NCBI GenBank assembly: GCA_965224195.1
Contig: OZ245040.1
Coordinates: 288,001-352,000, forward strand
Source of the DNA: Nitrosopumilus sp.
GTDB taxonomy: Archaea; Thermoproteota; Nitrososphaeria; Nitrososphaerales; Nitrosopumilaceae
Direction: 5' to 3'
Length of the DNA stretch: 64,000 bases
Each line of letters begins with the position of its first letter. Positions within the stretch are counted from its first letter, which is position 1. Of this stretch, positions 41,293 to 50,325 are shown one piece after another. Made by a program: the position numbers and the translations under genes. The notes below the pieces were generated by a model. That model was not told the DNA's origin. It searched no databases and was given only the letters and a program-made list of their open reading frames with translations.

Positions 41293-42222
41293 TTGCAAAA
41301 ACAAAAATCTGAATCCAGAGTAGCAGTATACTATGAATTAACAAAACCAAAAATTTGGTATTTACTGGTTTTTACAGCATTTGGTGCAGCATTAACTGCT
41401 TCCAATATTTACGATATAGAAATATCTCCAGCAACATGGCTGTTGATGTTATTTTCAGTTGCTGCTGGTTCAGCCGCTGCAAATACTTTGACCAATTATC
41501 ATGATAGAGACATTGATGCCATTATGGAAAGAACAAAAGATAGACCATTACCATCAAAAAGAATCTATCCTGCAGTAAAGGCAAGAAATTTTGGATTAGT
41601 ATTAGCAGGTATCTCCTTGGTTCTAGCATTTGGGATTTCTTTTATAACAACATTAGAACAAGGGGCATGGGCAACTGCTTTCATTGCGTTTGGATTAGTA
41701 AACAATATTATAATTTACTCATATGTTTTAAAACGAAATTCTAGGACTAACATAATTTTAGGTGGATTATGTGGAGGTTCACCACCAATGATTGGATGGG
41801 TTGCAGTGAGTATGTCAGATTTATGGACAATGGGTCTTGCCATGGCAGGTTTAGTGTTCATCTGGATTCCAATGCACATTTGGGCACTCACTTTACATTT
41901 CAAAGAAGATTATAACAAAGTCAATGTTCCAATGTTGACTGCAGTACAATCAGAAAAAACTTCTGCAAGAGCTATTGCAATTTCAACTGTTGTAATGGTA
42001 TTATTTTCAATTGCTCCATTTTTCATTACAACTCAAAGTGGCGAAGAAATTGTAGGAGCAGTATATCTATGGACTGCAATTGCTTCAGGTGCATTAATGG
42101 TTGGATTATCAGCATGGGTTATAGTCAAACCAATGGAAAAAGCAGCCTGGACATTGTTTAAGTTCTCTAGCCCGTACTTGGCAGTATTATTTATTGCACT
42201 AATGGTTGATTCTGCATTATAA
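41293..42222 (+). CDS. ctaB: Heme o synthase (protoheme IX farnesyltransferase)
   Basis: LTKP, DRDIDAIMERT..RP, WIPMH and EDY...VPML motifs. Confidence 0.95.
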   Translation: MQKQKSESRVAVYYELTKPKIWYLLVFTAFGAALTASNIYDIEISPATWLLMLFSVAAGSAAANTLTNYHDRDIDAIMERTKDRPLPSKRIYPAVKARNFGLVLAGISLVLAFGISFITTLEQGAWATAFIAFGLVNNIIIYSYVLKRNSRTNIILGGLCGGSPPMIGWVAVSMSDLWTMGLAMAGLVFIWIPMHIWALTLHFKEDYNKVNVPMLTAVQSEKTSARAIAISTVVMVLFSIAPFFITTQSGEEIVGAVYLWTAIASGALMVGLSAWVIVKPMEKAAWTLFKFSSPYLAVLFIALMVDSAL

Positions 42223-42426
42223 AATACTCTCTTTATCATCTAAGCTATTCAATTCTTTAGTAATTTCAGTATGATTTTCTACCAAAGTTTTAAGTTCATT
42301 TTTTGATTCTTCAGAATTCCATTCAGATGAAATTAAAGATGTTAATTTTGCAACAATTTTCCACTGAATGTTATTTTGATCATCAATTAATTTTAAAAAT
42401 CGTGCTCCCTTTTCTTCATCATTCAT
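42217..42426 (-). CDS. Small helical hypothetical protein
   Basis: 69-aa coiled-coil ORF with a plausible start. Confidence 0.65.
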   Translation of the reverse strand: MNDEEKGARFLKLIDDQNNIQWKIVAKLTSLISSEWNSEESKNELKTLVENHTEITKELNSLDDKESIL

Positions 42427-42518
42427 ATTTTTTTTGACATTTTACAATCATAAAAATTTAACATTGGTAATTACATAATTTCAAAGTTTTATTAGTAAAT
42501 AATAGGTATTTTTTTCAA

Positions 42519-42674
42519 ATGCAATGTAGTATATCAGAATGTAAAGAAAAAGCTAGAGAAACTGTAAAAATTAGTTTTAGGGAGACACGGAATCTATGCA
42601 AAGTACATTACAAATTATTTAAAAATAAAGACAAAAAACATAATCCAATATTTTCAAAAGCATCAGATTTTTAG
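42519..42674 (+). CDS. Small Zn-finger-like protein (51 aa, not in ORF track)
   Basis: MQCSISECKEKARETVKISFRETRNLCKVHYKLF... gives Cx4C...Cx2H. Confidence 0.6.
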   Translation: MQCSISECKEKARETVKISFRETRNLCKVHYKLFKNKDKKHNPIFSKASDF

Positions 42675-42740
42675 CACTAAGATATTTTCACATAATGAAA
42701 TTATTGAAAGATTTATCATCTACTATTTTTAAAGTACGAT

Positions 42741-43211
42741 ATGGCAGCCAAGAAAAAAAGAAAGCCTAGAAAAACAGTAAAAAAAACTGTTTCTAAACCT
42801 AAAAAACAAGTTTCGAATTCATCAAAAAAACCAGAATTTGAAAAAGCTTGGAAAGACTACAATTCTGCTTTAAGTGGCTGGAAAGATTCCCTTGCACAAT
42901 GGCAAAAAGCTACAAATGAAACTTTAATGACATATCATGACGCATGTCAAAAAGCATTAGAATCTGATGCAGAATTGTTAAAAAAAGTTAGTTCAAGTTG
43001 GGAAAATACTTGGGAAGAAATTGGATCTGAATATATTAAACAACAAACAAAGATGATGGAAAATATCTTTAAAGAAACCAACATTGAATCAATTAAAAAA
43101 TTTAATGGACAATGGGAAAAATTTCTAAAATCATCGGGTGATGATTCAATCGTAGCATATCAAGAGGCCATCAAAAAATTTAATCAGGCGTGGCAATCAG
43201 GACAAATGTAA
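42741..43211 (+). CDS. Trp-periodic amphipathic helical protein with Lys-rich N-terminus (phasin/PhaE-like?)
   Basis: Basic tail followed by periodic W/F/Y helices; paralogous to 46058-46414. Confidence 0.75.
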   Translation: MAAKKKRKPRKTVKKTVSKPKKQVSNSSKKPEFEKAWKDYNSALSGWKDSLAQWQKATNETLMTYHDACQKALESDAELLKKVSSSWENTWEEIGSEYIKQQTKMMENIFKETNIESIKKFNGQWEKFLKSSGDDSIVAYQEAIKKFNQAWQSGQM

Positions 43212-43225
43212 TTATTTCCAAGTTT

Positions 43226-43921
43226 TTATTTTTTCATTTTAGTTATTCTGAAAACTTTACACCCACATACTGAGCAAATTCCTCTAATTGCAGGTCTGCC
43301 ATTTTTCATAATAGCTTCTTCTGGATTTTTGATAATTCTTTTTGTTTTACACTTAACACAATAAGCTTCTTGAGAAGTAGATTCAGAAATTTTAATTTCA
43401 ACATTATCTGAATTATGGAGTTTATTTTCTATATCATCAAGTTTCTTGTTTTATTTTTGTAATGTTTGAATAATTTCATGTTCAATATCTACGGCCTCTA
43501 ATTTTTCAATTTCTTTTTCTAATTCCTTAACTTTTGATAATTGTTCAGGAGTAGCTTCTTCTTCCTCTGGTTCAGTTATTGGTTCAGGTAGCAATTCTAA
43601 TTCTGGAATTGTTTCTGCAAATAAAGACTCTGGTAAATCACCTAGATAATCTAATTTCACTTTATTTTCATCTATTCTAAGATATGGATTACCTCCAATT
43701 GAAAAAGTTCCAAGTTTGTTACCAGGTTTCCAAGAATTTATTCCACTGTAAATTGTAATGTATGTAAAGCCATTTTTTATATCAGAAGCAATTGTTAAAC
43801 GATCTACAGATTTACCTTTAGTAACGCCACTATCAATATCTTGATGACATGTAGCTATCGAAATTAAATGCTCAGAGTCATAGCTTACTTCTGAAATTAA
43901 ATAATCAGCCCATTTCTTCAT
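43226..43921 (-). pseudogene. DUF3892-like plus C-terminal DUF5679-like Zn-ribbon protein, split by in-frame TAA (43451-43453)
   Basis: ...TLQK*NKKLDD...EAYCVKCKTKRIIKNPEEAIMKNGRPAIRGICSVCGCKVFRI, all in one frame to the stop at 43226. Confidence 0.8.
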
Positions 43922-44065
43922 TACAAAAAATAATGACTAGTTTCTACTAATTAAGCAATGATTTTTGAAGTAATACGAAAAAAACAATTTTCAAAATTTG
44001 AATAAAAACATAAAAAATATCTAAAAATAGGCACAAAAAATAGGGTTATAATCAGCATTGTATAA

Positions 44066-44458
44066 TTGAAATCGATGGAAATTTCTATCGAACCGTGGAA
44101 AAAATTGATTATTCATGAGGTAATTGAATACAAATTTGAGGATTGGGTAAAACAAATAGCATTTAGTACACGATCATCAGGAGGAGGAATTCCTACAATG
44201 CAATGGACAAATGGAGTTGTTTTCTCTCCAGCAAATTTCCCAACAACCAATTCTACAGTAGATGAACAATTGAAAGGTACACTGCATTGGTCATCAGTAT
44301 CATTTGCAATTAAAGAGAAATTTGAGAAACAAATTGTTAAAGAGAATGCTACAATAAATTTAGTAGATGTTAGTGTAAATGAAATTTTTAAAGAATTAGC
44401 TATTAGTTTAAAATCACAATCAAAATATGCTAATTCACAATCTAGTACAGTCCAATGA
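44066..44458 (+). CDS. Conserved hypothetical protein
   Basis: 130-aa ORF containing P.KKLIIHE and W.NGVVF. Confidence 0.75.
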   Translation: MKSMEISIEPWKKLIIHEVIEYKFEDWVKQIAFSTRSSGGGIPTMQWTNGVVFSPANFPTTNSTVDEQLKGTLHWSSVSFAIKEKFEKQIVKENATINLVDVSVNEIFKELAISLKSQSKYANSQSSTVQ

Positions 44459-45138
44459 ATATTGAAGAAACAATAGAAAAATGTGAAATTTCTTTAAAAC
44501 AAATTAAACAATACGATCCGGATCCATTTTATGTAAATCATTTTTTTGAACAGTACATTAGTTTAAGAAATAAAACAATAGTAGGAATTTTTGAAGAAGC
44601 TGATAGAGATTTTGGATTATTTTTAACTAAACCAATTAATGAAGAAAGCTTTCTGCAAAAAGCAGAATTAAAGAATGATAAAAATGCAATTAAATTTTCA
44701 GAATGGTTTAGAACAAAATATGCTGAAGAACATAAAAATCCATATCCAAATTTTATGAATAAAATATGTAATTTTAGAAAAAAATTTAAAAAATTACCTG
44801 ATGTAAAAATTATGATTAGAGCATCAGATAGATACAAAGATGATATTAATCAAGAAATTAAAGTACCGTTAAGTAATAAAAAATTACGTTCTAAAGATGA
44901 GTTAGATATTGAAATAGAAAGACAATTACCAGTTTTTTTAGAAATTATTAATCATAAAAGACGTGAAAAAAATGAGCCTAAAGTTGCAAATAATCAGATA
45001 ATCGCATCTACATTTCTAGATATTGAAAATCACAAAGACATTGAAATTGTTTATACATCTGAAATTTACATCCCAGTGATAAAACGGTTAGTTGAAGAAG
45101 CAAGGACAAAAATTAAAGATTTGAACAGGAATAATTGA
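44455..45138 (+). CDS. Hypothetical protein
   Basis: 227-aa ORF with an ATGA overlap to the upstream gene. Confidence 0.75.
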   Translation: MNIEETIEKCEISLKQIKQYDPDPFYVNHFFEQYISLRNKTIVGIFEEADRDFGLFLTKPINEESFLQKAELKNDKNAIKFSEWFRTKYAEEHKNPYPNFMNKICNFRKKFKKLPDVKIMIRASDRYKDDINQEIKVPLSNKKLRSKDELDIEIERQLPVFLEIINHKRREKNEPKVANNQIIASTFLDIENHKDIEIVYTSEIYIPVIKRLVEEARTKIKDLNRNN

Positions 45139-45142
45139 AAAC

Positions 45143-45811
45143 TTATTCAGTCAAACCAAAAATTGAGTTTTCTGATTTTATTTTAACTATTGGTAAATAT
45201 GAATAGCCATGATCAAAATTATCGGAAAATTCTGGATCTTGGCCTTGATTTCCACGATATTTAACAAAATGCTTGGTAGGTTCTGAATCTAATTCAACGT
45301 AATTGAAATTATAGTATACTTCATCCATTTCAAGAGAAGTAATGTATCCCATTATCCAGGATTTGTTGTGTGGTAATGCATAGAGCGTAAGATTTTGTTC
45401 ATCTGGAAATTCAGGATCATATGTTAATCGAGCTAAACTTCCCAAATCCTTTACTTGTATTGGGTAGAATTGATCAGATATTTTCTTTGTTTGTACAGGT
45501 AAAGGTGAAATCTTAGATTTCATATGAATAATGGGAGCATAATTAGAATTAGTTTTTGTGGATTCAACAATATCATAAATCTCTTTTCCAGAATCAACTC
45601 GATATGAAACATATCTTCCTGATTTGGGCATTGGTGTATAAAAAATCAACAATGTATTTGCAAGTGTCAAACTACTTGAGATAATTCTAGTACCGTCTAA
45701 TTCTTGAGAATAAACCCGTTTTGGATATTCTTGTAATGCACATGCTAATCTTGCTAAATCGTCAAAGCTAGATAATTCTACATGGTATTCATTCTGAGTA
45801 ATTGACATCAA
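45143..45811 (-). CDS. Conserved hypothetical protein with internal duplication
   Basis: Two similar halves (VELSSFDDLARL / IQVKDLGSLARL, and APIIHMKS / LPIVKIKS). Confidence 0.75.
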   Translation of the reverse strand: MMSITQNEYHVELSSFDDLARLACALQEYPKRVYSQELDGTRIISSSLTLANTLLIFYTPMPKSGRYVSYRVDSGKEIYDIVESTKTNSNYAPIIHMKSKISPLPVQTKKISDQFYPIQVKDLGSLARLTYDPEFPDEQNLTLYALPHNKSWIMGYITSLEMDEVYYNFNYVELDSEPTKHFVKYRGNQGQDPEFSDNFDHGYSYLPIVKIKSENSIFGLTE

Positions 45812-45826
45812 AAAATCATAAATTAA

Positions 45827-46048
45827 TCATAATTTTATTCTTTCCACATTATGAAAATTTTTTGTTTGTAATTTTTTTCTATCAAAATATTCCATAATAA
45901 AATGAAAAAGGATTAGTTTACCAAATACAATCATGGAAATTAAAGATAGTACATATTCTTCTAAATGAAACAAATATCCAGTGACGCCTACTGCAGTTAT
46001 AATTTCTAATCCAGTACAAGTACAAAAAAAGAGAAATTTTTCTCTCAA
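45827..46048 (-). CDS. Small two-TM membrane protein
   Basis: Hydrophobic 73-aa ORF between co-oriented genes. Confidence 0.55.
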   Translation of the reverse strand: MREKFLFFCTCTGLEIITAVGVTGYLFHLEEYVLSLISMIVFGKLILFHFIMEYFDRKKLQTKNFHNVERIKL

Positions 46049-46057
46049 TTCAACAAC

Positions 46058-46414
46058 TTATTGTGATTTTGGCCACATTGAAGTCCAAGTTTCAGCAAAT
46101 TTTTCCATCATTTCACCATATGCATTCATCTGTTCTAAACCAGATGAACTAAGTGCCTTTTGCCAATTTTCAGTAAATTGTTTGAAAGTAGCAGTATTAG
46201 AGTCATTGAGAGCTTTTTGCCAATTCTCACCAAATAATTTCATGGTATCAGCACTAGACTCGACAGTTGCTTTGTCCCAAACACTGTTGAATTTAGATTG
46301 CATGTCGTTACTTGCATTTTGAATTTGCTCAAAAAGGGATTTCCAATTTTCAAGAGATTTTGTATATTCTCCCCATAATGAATCCCATTCATTATTTTTT
46401 CCTTGTTCAGACAT
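46058..46414 (-). CDS. Trp-periodic amphipathic helical protein (phasin/PhaE-like?)
   Basis: Repeated KxFxENWQKAL; paralogue of 42741-43211. Confidence 0.75.
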   Translation of the reverse strand: MSEQGKNNEWDSLWGEYTKSLENWKSLFEQIQNASNDMQSKFNSVWDKATVESSADTMKLFGENWQKALNDSNTATFKQFTENWQKALSSSGLEQMNAYGEMMEKFAETWTSMWPKSQ

Positions 46415-46464
46415 TAACTAAAGATAATTTTCATTATTCTTAAATGGATCTATGAAGATGTAGG

Positions 46465-46953
46465 TTATTTTTGACGATTTTTTAATCTAATATCTATTCG
46501 GATTTTACCTTCTTCAAATTTTGATCTATCATCATCTGTTTTTAGTGATAATTTAGGAACTAATGTAGGTTTTCCGTTTTTATCAAGAGCTACAAATGTC
46601 ACAAAAGCAGTTCCAGTAACAGTTCGAATTCCAGTTACAATATCTTCAGCTTCAGCTCTAACTTCTATTTCCATTGATGAATTATGAACATAATTTATCC
46701 TAGCATTTAATGTAAGAACATTTCCAACAAAAACAGGTTTTAAAAAATTTACACTGTCCATAGATACAGTAACTGCATTTGATTGACTAGGACGTTGAGC
46801 AACAATTCCTGCCACCATATCAATATGTTTTAAAATTTCACCTCCAAAGACATTTCCAGCTGGATTTGCATCTGAGGGGAACATTCGAACAATAACTTCA
46901 GCATGAGATTCTGAAGGACTTTTTTCTCGTATATTGGAACTTTCTGATGACAT
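46465..46953 (-). CDS. Acyl-CoA thioesterase (hotdog fold, YciA-like)
   Basis: DANPAGNVFGG, VTVSMD, F.KPV..G, SSME and FVALD motifs. Confidence 0.92.
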   Translation of the reverse strand: MSSESSNIREKSPSESHAEVIVRMFPSDANPAGNVFGGEILKHIDMVAGIVAQRPSQSNAVTVSMDSVNFLKPVFVGNVLTLNARINYVHNSSMEIEVRAEAEDIVTGIRTVTGTAFVTFVALDKNGKPTLVPKLSLKTDDDRSKFEEGKIRIDIRLKNRQK

Positions 46954-47001
46954 TTTTTATCTAATTATTATTCTCAATTTAATTTAATCAGTTGATTCGG
47001 G

Positions 47002-48339
47002 TTATTTGAAATATTTTTCAAGTTTAATTTTATCAATTTTTGGGATTTTTGCTAACTCAAATCCTTCTGGACGCTTGAAAAGAGATCTAGTGGCATCAAT
47101 ACCCATTTTAGCAGTTCGTAATTTTTGTTGATTACTTGATGGATCCAGGCTAGAGCCACGAACATTTTTGATAATAACTAGATCTTTATCAGCTTGAAAT
47201 CTTGTAGCCATAGCGTATTCTACAGATTCAGCATTATTTGGATCAATATCTTCATCAACTACTGTTACTTGTTTCAATGAACGATGAGATTCAAATGTTT
47301 TTTTAATGATTTTTTTAGGATCTGAATTATTTTTCTTTTTAATTTGTACAACGGCATGTAGCCAATTACATCCACCATTAGTCATAGAGACTTGTTTTGT
47401 TTGAGAAAATGATTTCTTCAATTCCCCATTTAATTTTGATTCAATTGGCATTCCCATCAACAATCTATGTTCTGAATATCCAGATAAGACATCATGAAAA
47501 ATAGGATTATTTCTAAAATAGAGATTTTCAAGTTCAACAATAGGTTGAGATCTTTCATGATCATATGTCTGAAGCATTTCAACCATCCATTCTGGATGAG
47601 TTTTATCACGAAGAATTTTTCCTTCCATAACAAACTCTGCACCAGAAGGAACATTCAAGCCTGAAAAAGGAATCTTTGCTAAAGTTAATTTTCCATCCAA
47701 AAGAGAATTTGCAATATTAATTTCGTCCTTTCCCCAATCTGCCTGATATGCACCAGCAATTGAAATGGCGGGATGAACGCCTACAGTTATAGCAATTTTG
47801 AGATCTTCACCATGTTCTTTAGCATCAGTAAAACATCTGTGAAGATGACGACCTTCAACCATCCTAATAGAAAAATGAGTTTTATCAATCGGCATCATTC
47901 TGTGAAATGAAGAATTTTGTTTTCCAGTTTCAGGATTTTTAGCATATGCTACAGATGATGTGATAAACGGACCAGATTCTTTTTCAAAATGAGTAACTAT
48001 AGGCATAGAAAGTAGATTTTTTGACTTGTTTTCCATGAATTTTCCTGATGAAATAATTTTAGGTTTTTTAGCTTTTTTAATTGCAGAAATTACTTTTTCA
48101 TGAATATTATTTTCCTGGCCACCAACAGCAATTGCAAATCGTTTTCTAGTTCCAACTAAGTTTGCTATTAATCTAAAATCACTTTCTTTTATTTTTTCAA
48201 ACAATACAGCATCAGATCCATCAACCTTAGCAGTGATTCCAGCAATTTCATATTTTGTTGAAACCGAAGATTTTATGGTTTTGAGTTCATTGATTTTTTT
48301 AATTTGTGAAATGTAACTTCTTAAATCACTCATTTTCAA
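47002..48339 (-). CDS. ubiD: UbiD family prFMN-dependent decarboxylase
   Basis: NSSFHRM, AEFVMEG, VVDEDID, ATRFQ, GSSLDPS and KMGIDAT motifs. Confidence 0.9.
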   Translation of the reverse strand: MKMSDLRSYISQIKKINELKTIKSSVSTKYEIAGITAKVDGSDAVLFEKIKESDFRLIANLVGTRKRFAIAVGGQENNIHEKVISAIKKAKKPKIISSGKFMENKSKNLLSMPIVTHFEKESGPFITSSVAYAKNPETGKQNSSFHRMMPIDKTHFSIRMVEGRHLHRCFTDAKEHGEDLKIAITVGVHPAISIAGAYQADWGKDEINIANSLLDGKLTLAKIPFSGLNVPSGAEFVMEGKILRDKTHPEWMVEMLQTYDHERSQPIVELENLYFRNNPIFHDVLSGYSEHRLLMGMPIESKLNGELKKSFSQTKQVSMTNGGCNWLHAVVQIKKKNNSDPKKIIKKTFESHRSLKQVTVVDEDIDPNNAESVEYAMATRFQADKDLVIIKNVRGSSLDPSSNQQKLRTAKMGIDATRSLFKRPEGFELAKIPKIDKIKLEKYFK

Positions 48340-48667
48340 TCATCTCCATAATCTCAGATATTAAGGCTTTTGCTGTATTTAATTCTAAGGGTTTTTGGAT
48401 AAAAGCAGAAACTAGAGCAATTCCCCTCATTCTAGTACTAATTCTTTCAGAAACAAGTTTTAGAAAAAGAGATTCCGATCTAGATGGAATAATAGTGGTT
48501 GTAATTGGTGTTGGTCCAGTTGCTAATGAAACTACCATTGAACCTAATTTATTTGATCCTTCGGTAACTGAAATAAAATAACCATTTTCAAATTTTTGAA
48601 TTTGTAAAGAAAAACTACGACTCTCCAAATTTACCATTTTATGGAAAAATCCATTTGGAGAGGTCAA
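48326..48667 (-). CDS. Proteasome assembly chaperone 4-like hypothetical protein
   Basis: Short alpha/beta ORF with the LGSMVVSL motif; its stop overlaps the ubiD start. Confidence 0.55.
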   Translation of the reverse strand: MTSPNGFFHKMVNLESRSFSLQIQKFENGYFISVTEGSNKLGSMVVSLATGPTPITTTIIPSRSESLFLKLVSERISTRMRGIALVSAFIQKPLELNTAKALISEIMEMIENE

Positions 48668-48684
48668 TGAGCTATGAACAAATC

Positions 48685-49116
48685 TTATGCTTTTATTGCT
48701 ATTGTTTCATTTTTTTGGGAAGCAACAACTTCAGGGTTCTTCTTGCAATTCTTCTCGTGTTTATCTGGATAAACAAAGAGTTTTTCACAATGTGTGCATG
48801 GAGTTTTTTCTTTAGTTTTTGCTTTAGCTGTTTTAGCTTTAGATTTTGCTTTAACAGTTACTTCTACAACTGCTGATTCAATTTCAGTAGCTGCTGCAGC
48901 TTCCATAGAATCAGCCTCAACTCTAGCTCGTAATTTTGCTTTGTATTTCAAATTACGTGGTTTCGTTCTTAATCTATATCCACAACATGGACACCAAAGT
49001 CCTTCCCATTTGATGAAAATTTCACAAATCTGGCATCGACGTTGTCCAGAAGCATATCTTCCAGTGCCAACAGGCTTTTGAGCCTTATATCTAACACAAA
49101 TTCCTTTACAAGTCAT
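48685..49116 (-). CDS. Thaumarchaeal Cys-rich Zn-binding protein with C-terminal C2HC finger
   Basis: CKGIC, RY..GQRRCQIC, WCPCCGYRLR and CTHC...H...C motifs. Confidence 0.85.
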   Translation of the reverse strand: MTCKGICVRYKAQKPVGTGRYASGQRRCQICEIFIKWEGLWCPCCGYRLRTKPRNLKYKAKLRARVEADSMEAAAATEIESAVVEVTVKAKSKAKTAKAKTKEKTPCTHCEKLFVYPDKHEKNCKKNPEVVASQKNETIAIKA

Positions 49117-49380
49117 CTTGGTATTATCATATAGAATTCATAACTATATAAGGATGGATCGATAAATTTCATATGAATTATTTAAATTTATTGTAAATAT
49201 TTTATATTTTTAGCCGATCAAAATTAGTATTTTCAAATAAAAACACAAAATCAACAATAAATATGTATAGCTTATTTCAAAACTATATTTTTTGAAAAAA
49301 TAATATGTATCAATATAGGTGTTTGACAAAAAATTTCAGCTTATTATAAAAAATTGATGAAAATTTATATTATTATTATA

Positions 49381-50110
49381 CTAGATGAGTTGCGCAATTA
49401 CAAACAAAAATCTAACTTTTCTGTCATTTAATTCTTAATTTTATGGAATTGCAATGAATTCTTCTTTCCATTTAATCTTGAAATTGACAGTCCCACAAAC
49501 AATTTCACTTGTCACATCATATCTGCATAATTTGTTTCTAAACACATCGCGATTTATCCGAAATTGCCTGATTTGTGCAATGACATGTTCAACTTTTATT
49601 CTAATTTTTGACTGCATCCTGTTCCACTCCTTTTGAGTAACAGTCAATTTTTTTCCTTTCTTTTTCTTGCATGGCAAAACACTTGCCTGTTCTGGAAAGT
49701 CTTTTTCCATCCCCAAACATCCAAGATCATAAGACTGCAGCAACCCTTCAGATAATGTTGGATGCTTTGATTTGTAAATTCTGTAATCATGATGACTGCC
49801 AGGCGAATGTGCAGATTTGTGGATTGTTATCCCATCAAGATTTATGGCGATTTGATTTTGTACTGCATGTTTTTTCTTTTTGCCTGAATGGCGTGTCTTT
49901 CTTTTCTTTTTGTTTTTTGGTCTTGGGATGGGCTGTTCTGTGCCATCAGTGATTGCAATTAATTCCGGAAAGAATTCTTGCAATTCCTGCATGCTGTTAA
50001 TCTTTTTTGAATCTGCATATTTTTTGGCAGAAATTACAATGGACTGCTTCACTGCAGGCTCCAAACATCTGATGTTTCTCATTACGTTTGGTTTGTCCAA
50101 ATCAAACATC
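49381..50110 (-). mobile_element. Diverged IS5-family (ISL2-like) remnant: transposase lacking N-terminus plus right end
   Basis: FDLD..NV.RNI...DGTEQ...DLG...VEH. The end CTAGATGAGTTGCGCAATTACAAACAAAA is homologous to the end near 1778-1806. ORF residues before MFDLD are not transposase. Confidence 0.88.
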
Positions 50111-50304
50111 CTGGTGTTACCAAAGGTGATATGAAAAATGTTGGATGTATAACAATATTGAGTACCTATTATGCTGTACAGAATTATGCTGATGGACAAC
50201 CTTCCTATTAAGAATATCTAGTACCCAACGGCCGTGTTGACCCTGGTGATGATATCACTGTAAAACTACAAAAATATGGAAATAACCAAGTACAAAGACA
50301 ATAA
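50110..50304 (+). pseudogene. Probable gene remnant abutting the IS break, with in-frame TAA (50209-50211)
   Basis: PGVTKGDMKNVGCITILSTYYAVQNYADGQPSY*EYLVPNGRVDPGDDITVKLQKYGNNQVQRQ*. Confidence 0.35.
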
Positions 50305-50325
50305 AAGATAATATGAGAAACCCAG

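Noticed and set aside
49441-50199. 252-aa ORF as an intact transposase with a left end at CTAG 50218-50221
   Set aside because: Sequence above about 50110 is not transposase-like, and the match to the right terminus is only ATCTAG.
29219-50304. TAA reassignment or programmed read-through, suggested by four in-frame TAA codons
   Set aside because: TAA ends many core genes here, the implied residues differ between sites (probably Glu/Lys/Gln, Tyr and Gln), and no shared context or suppressor tRNA is seen. Point mutation is simpler.
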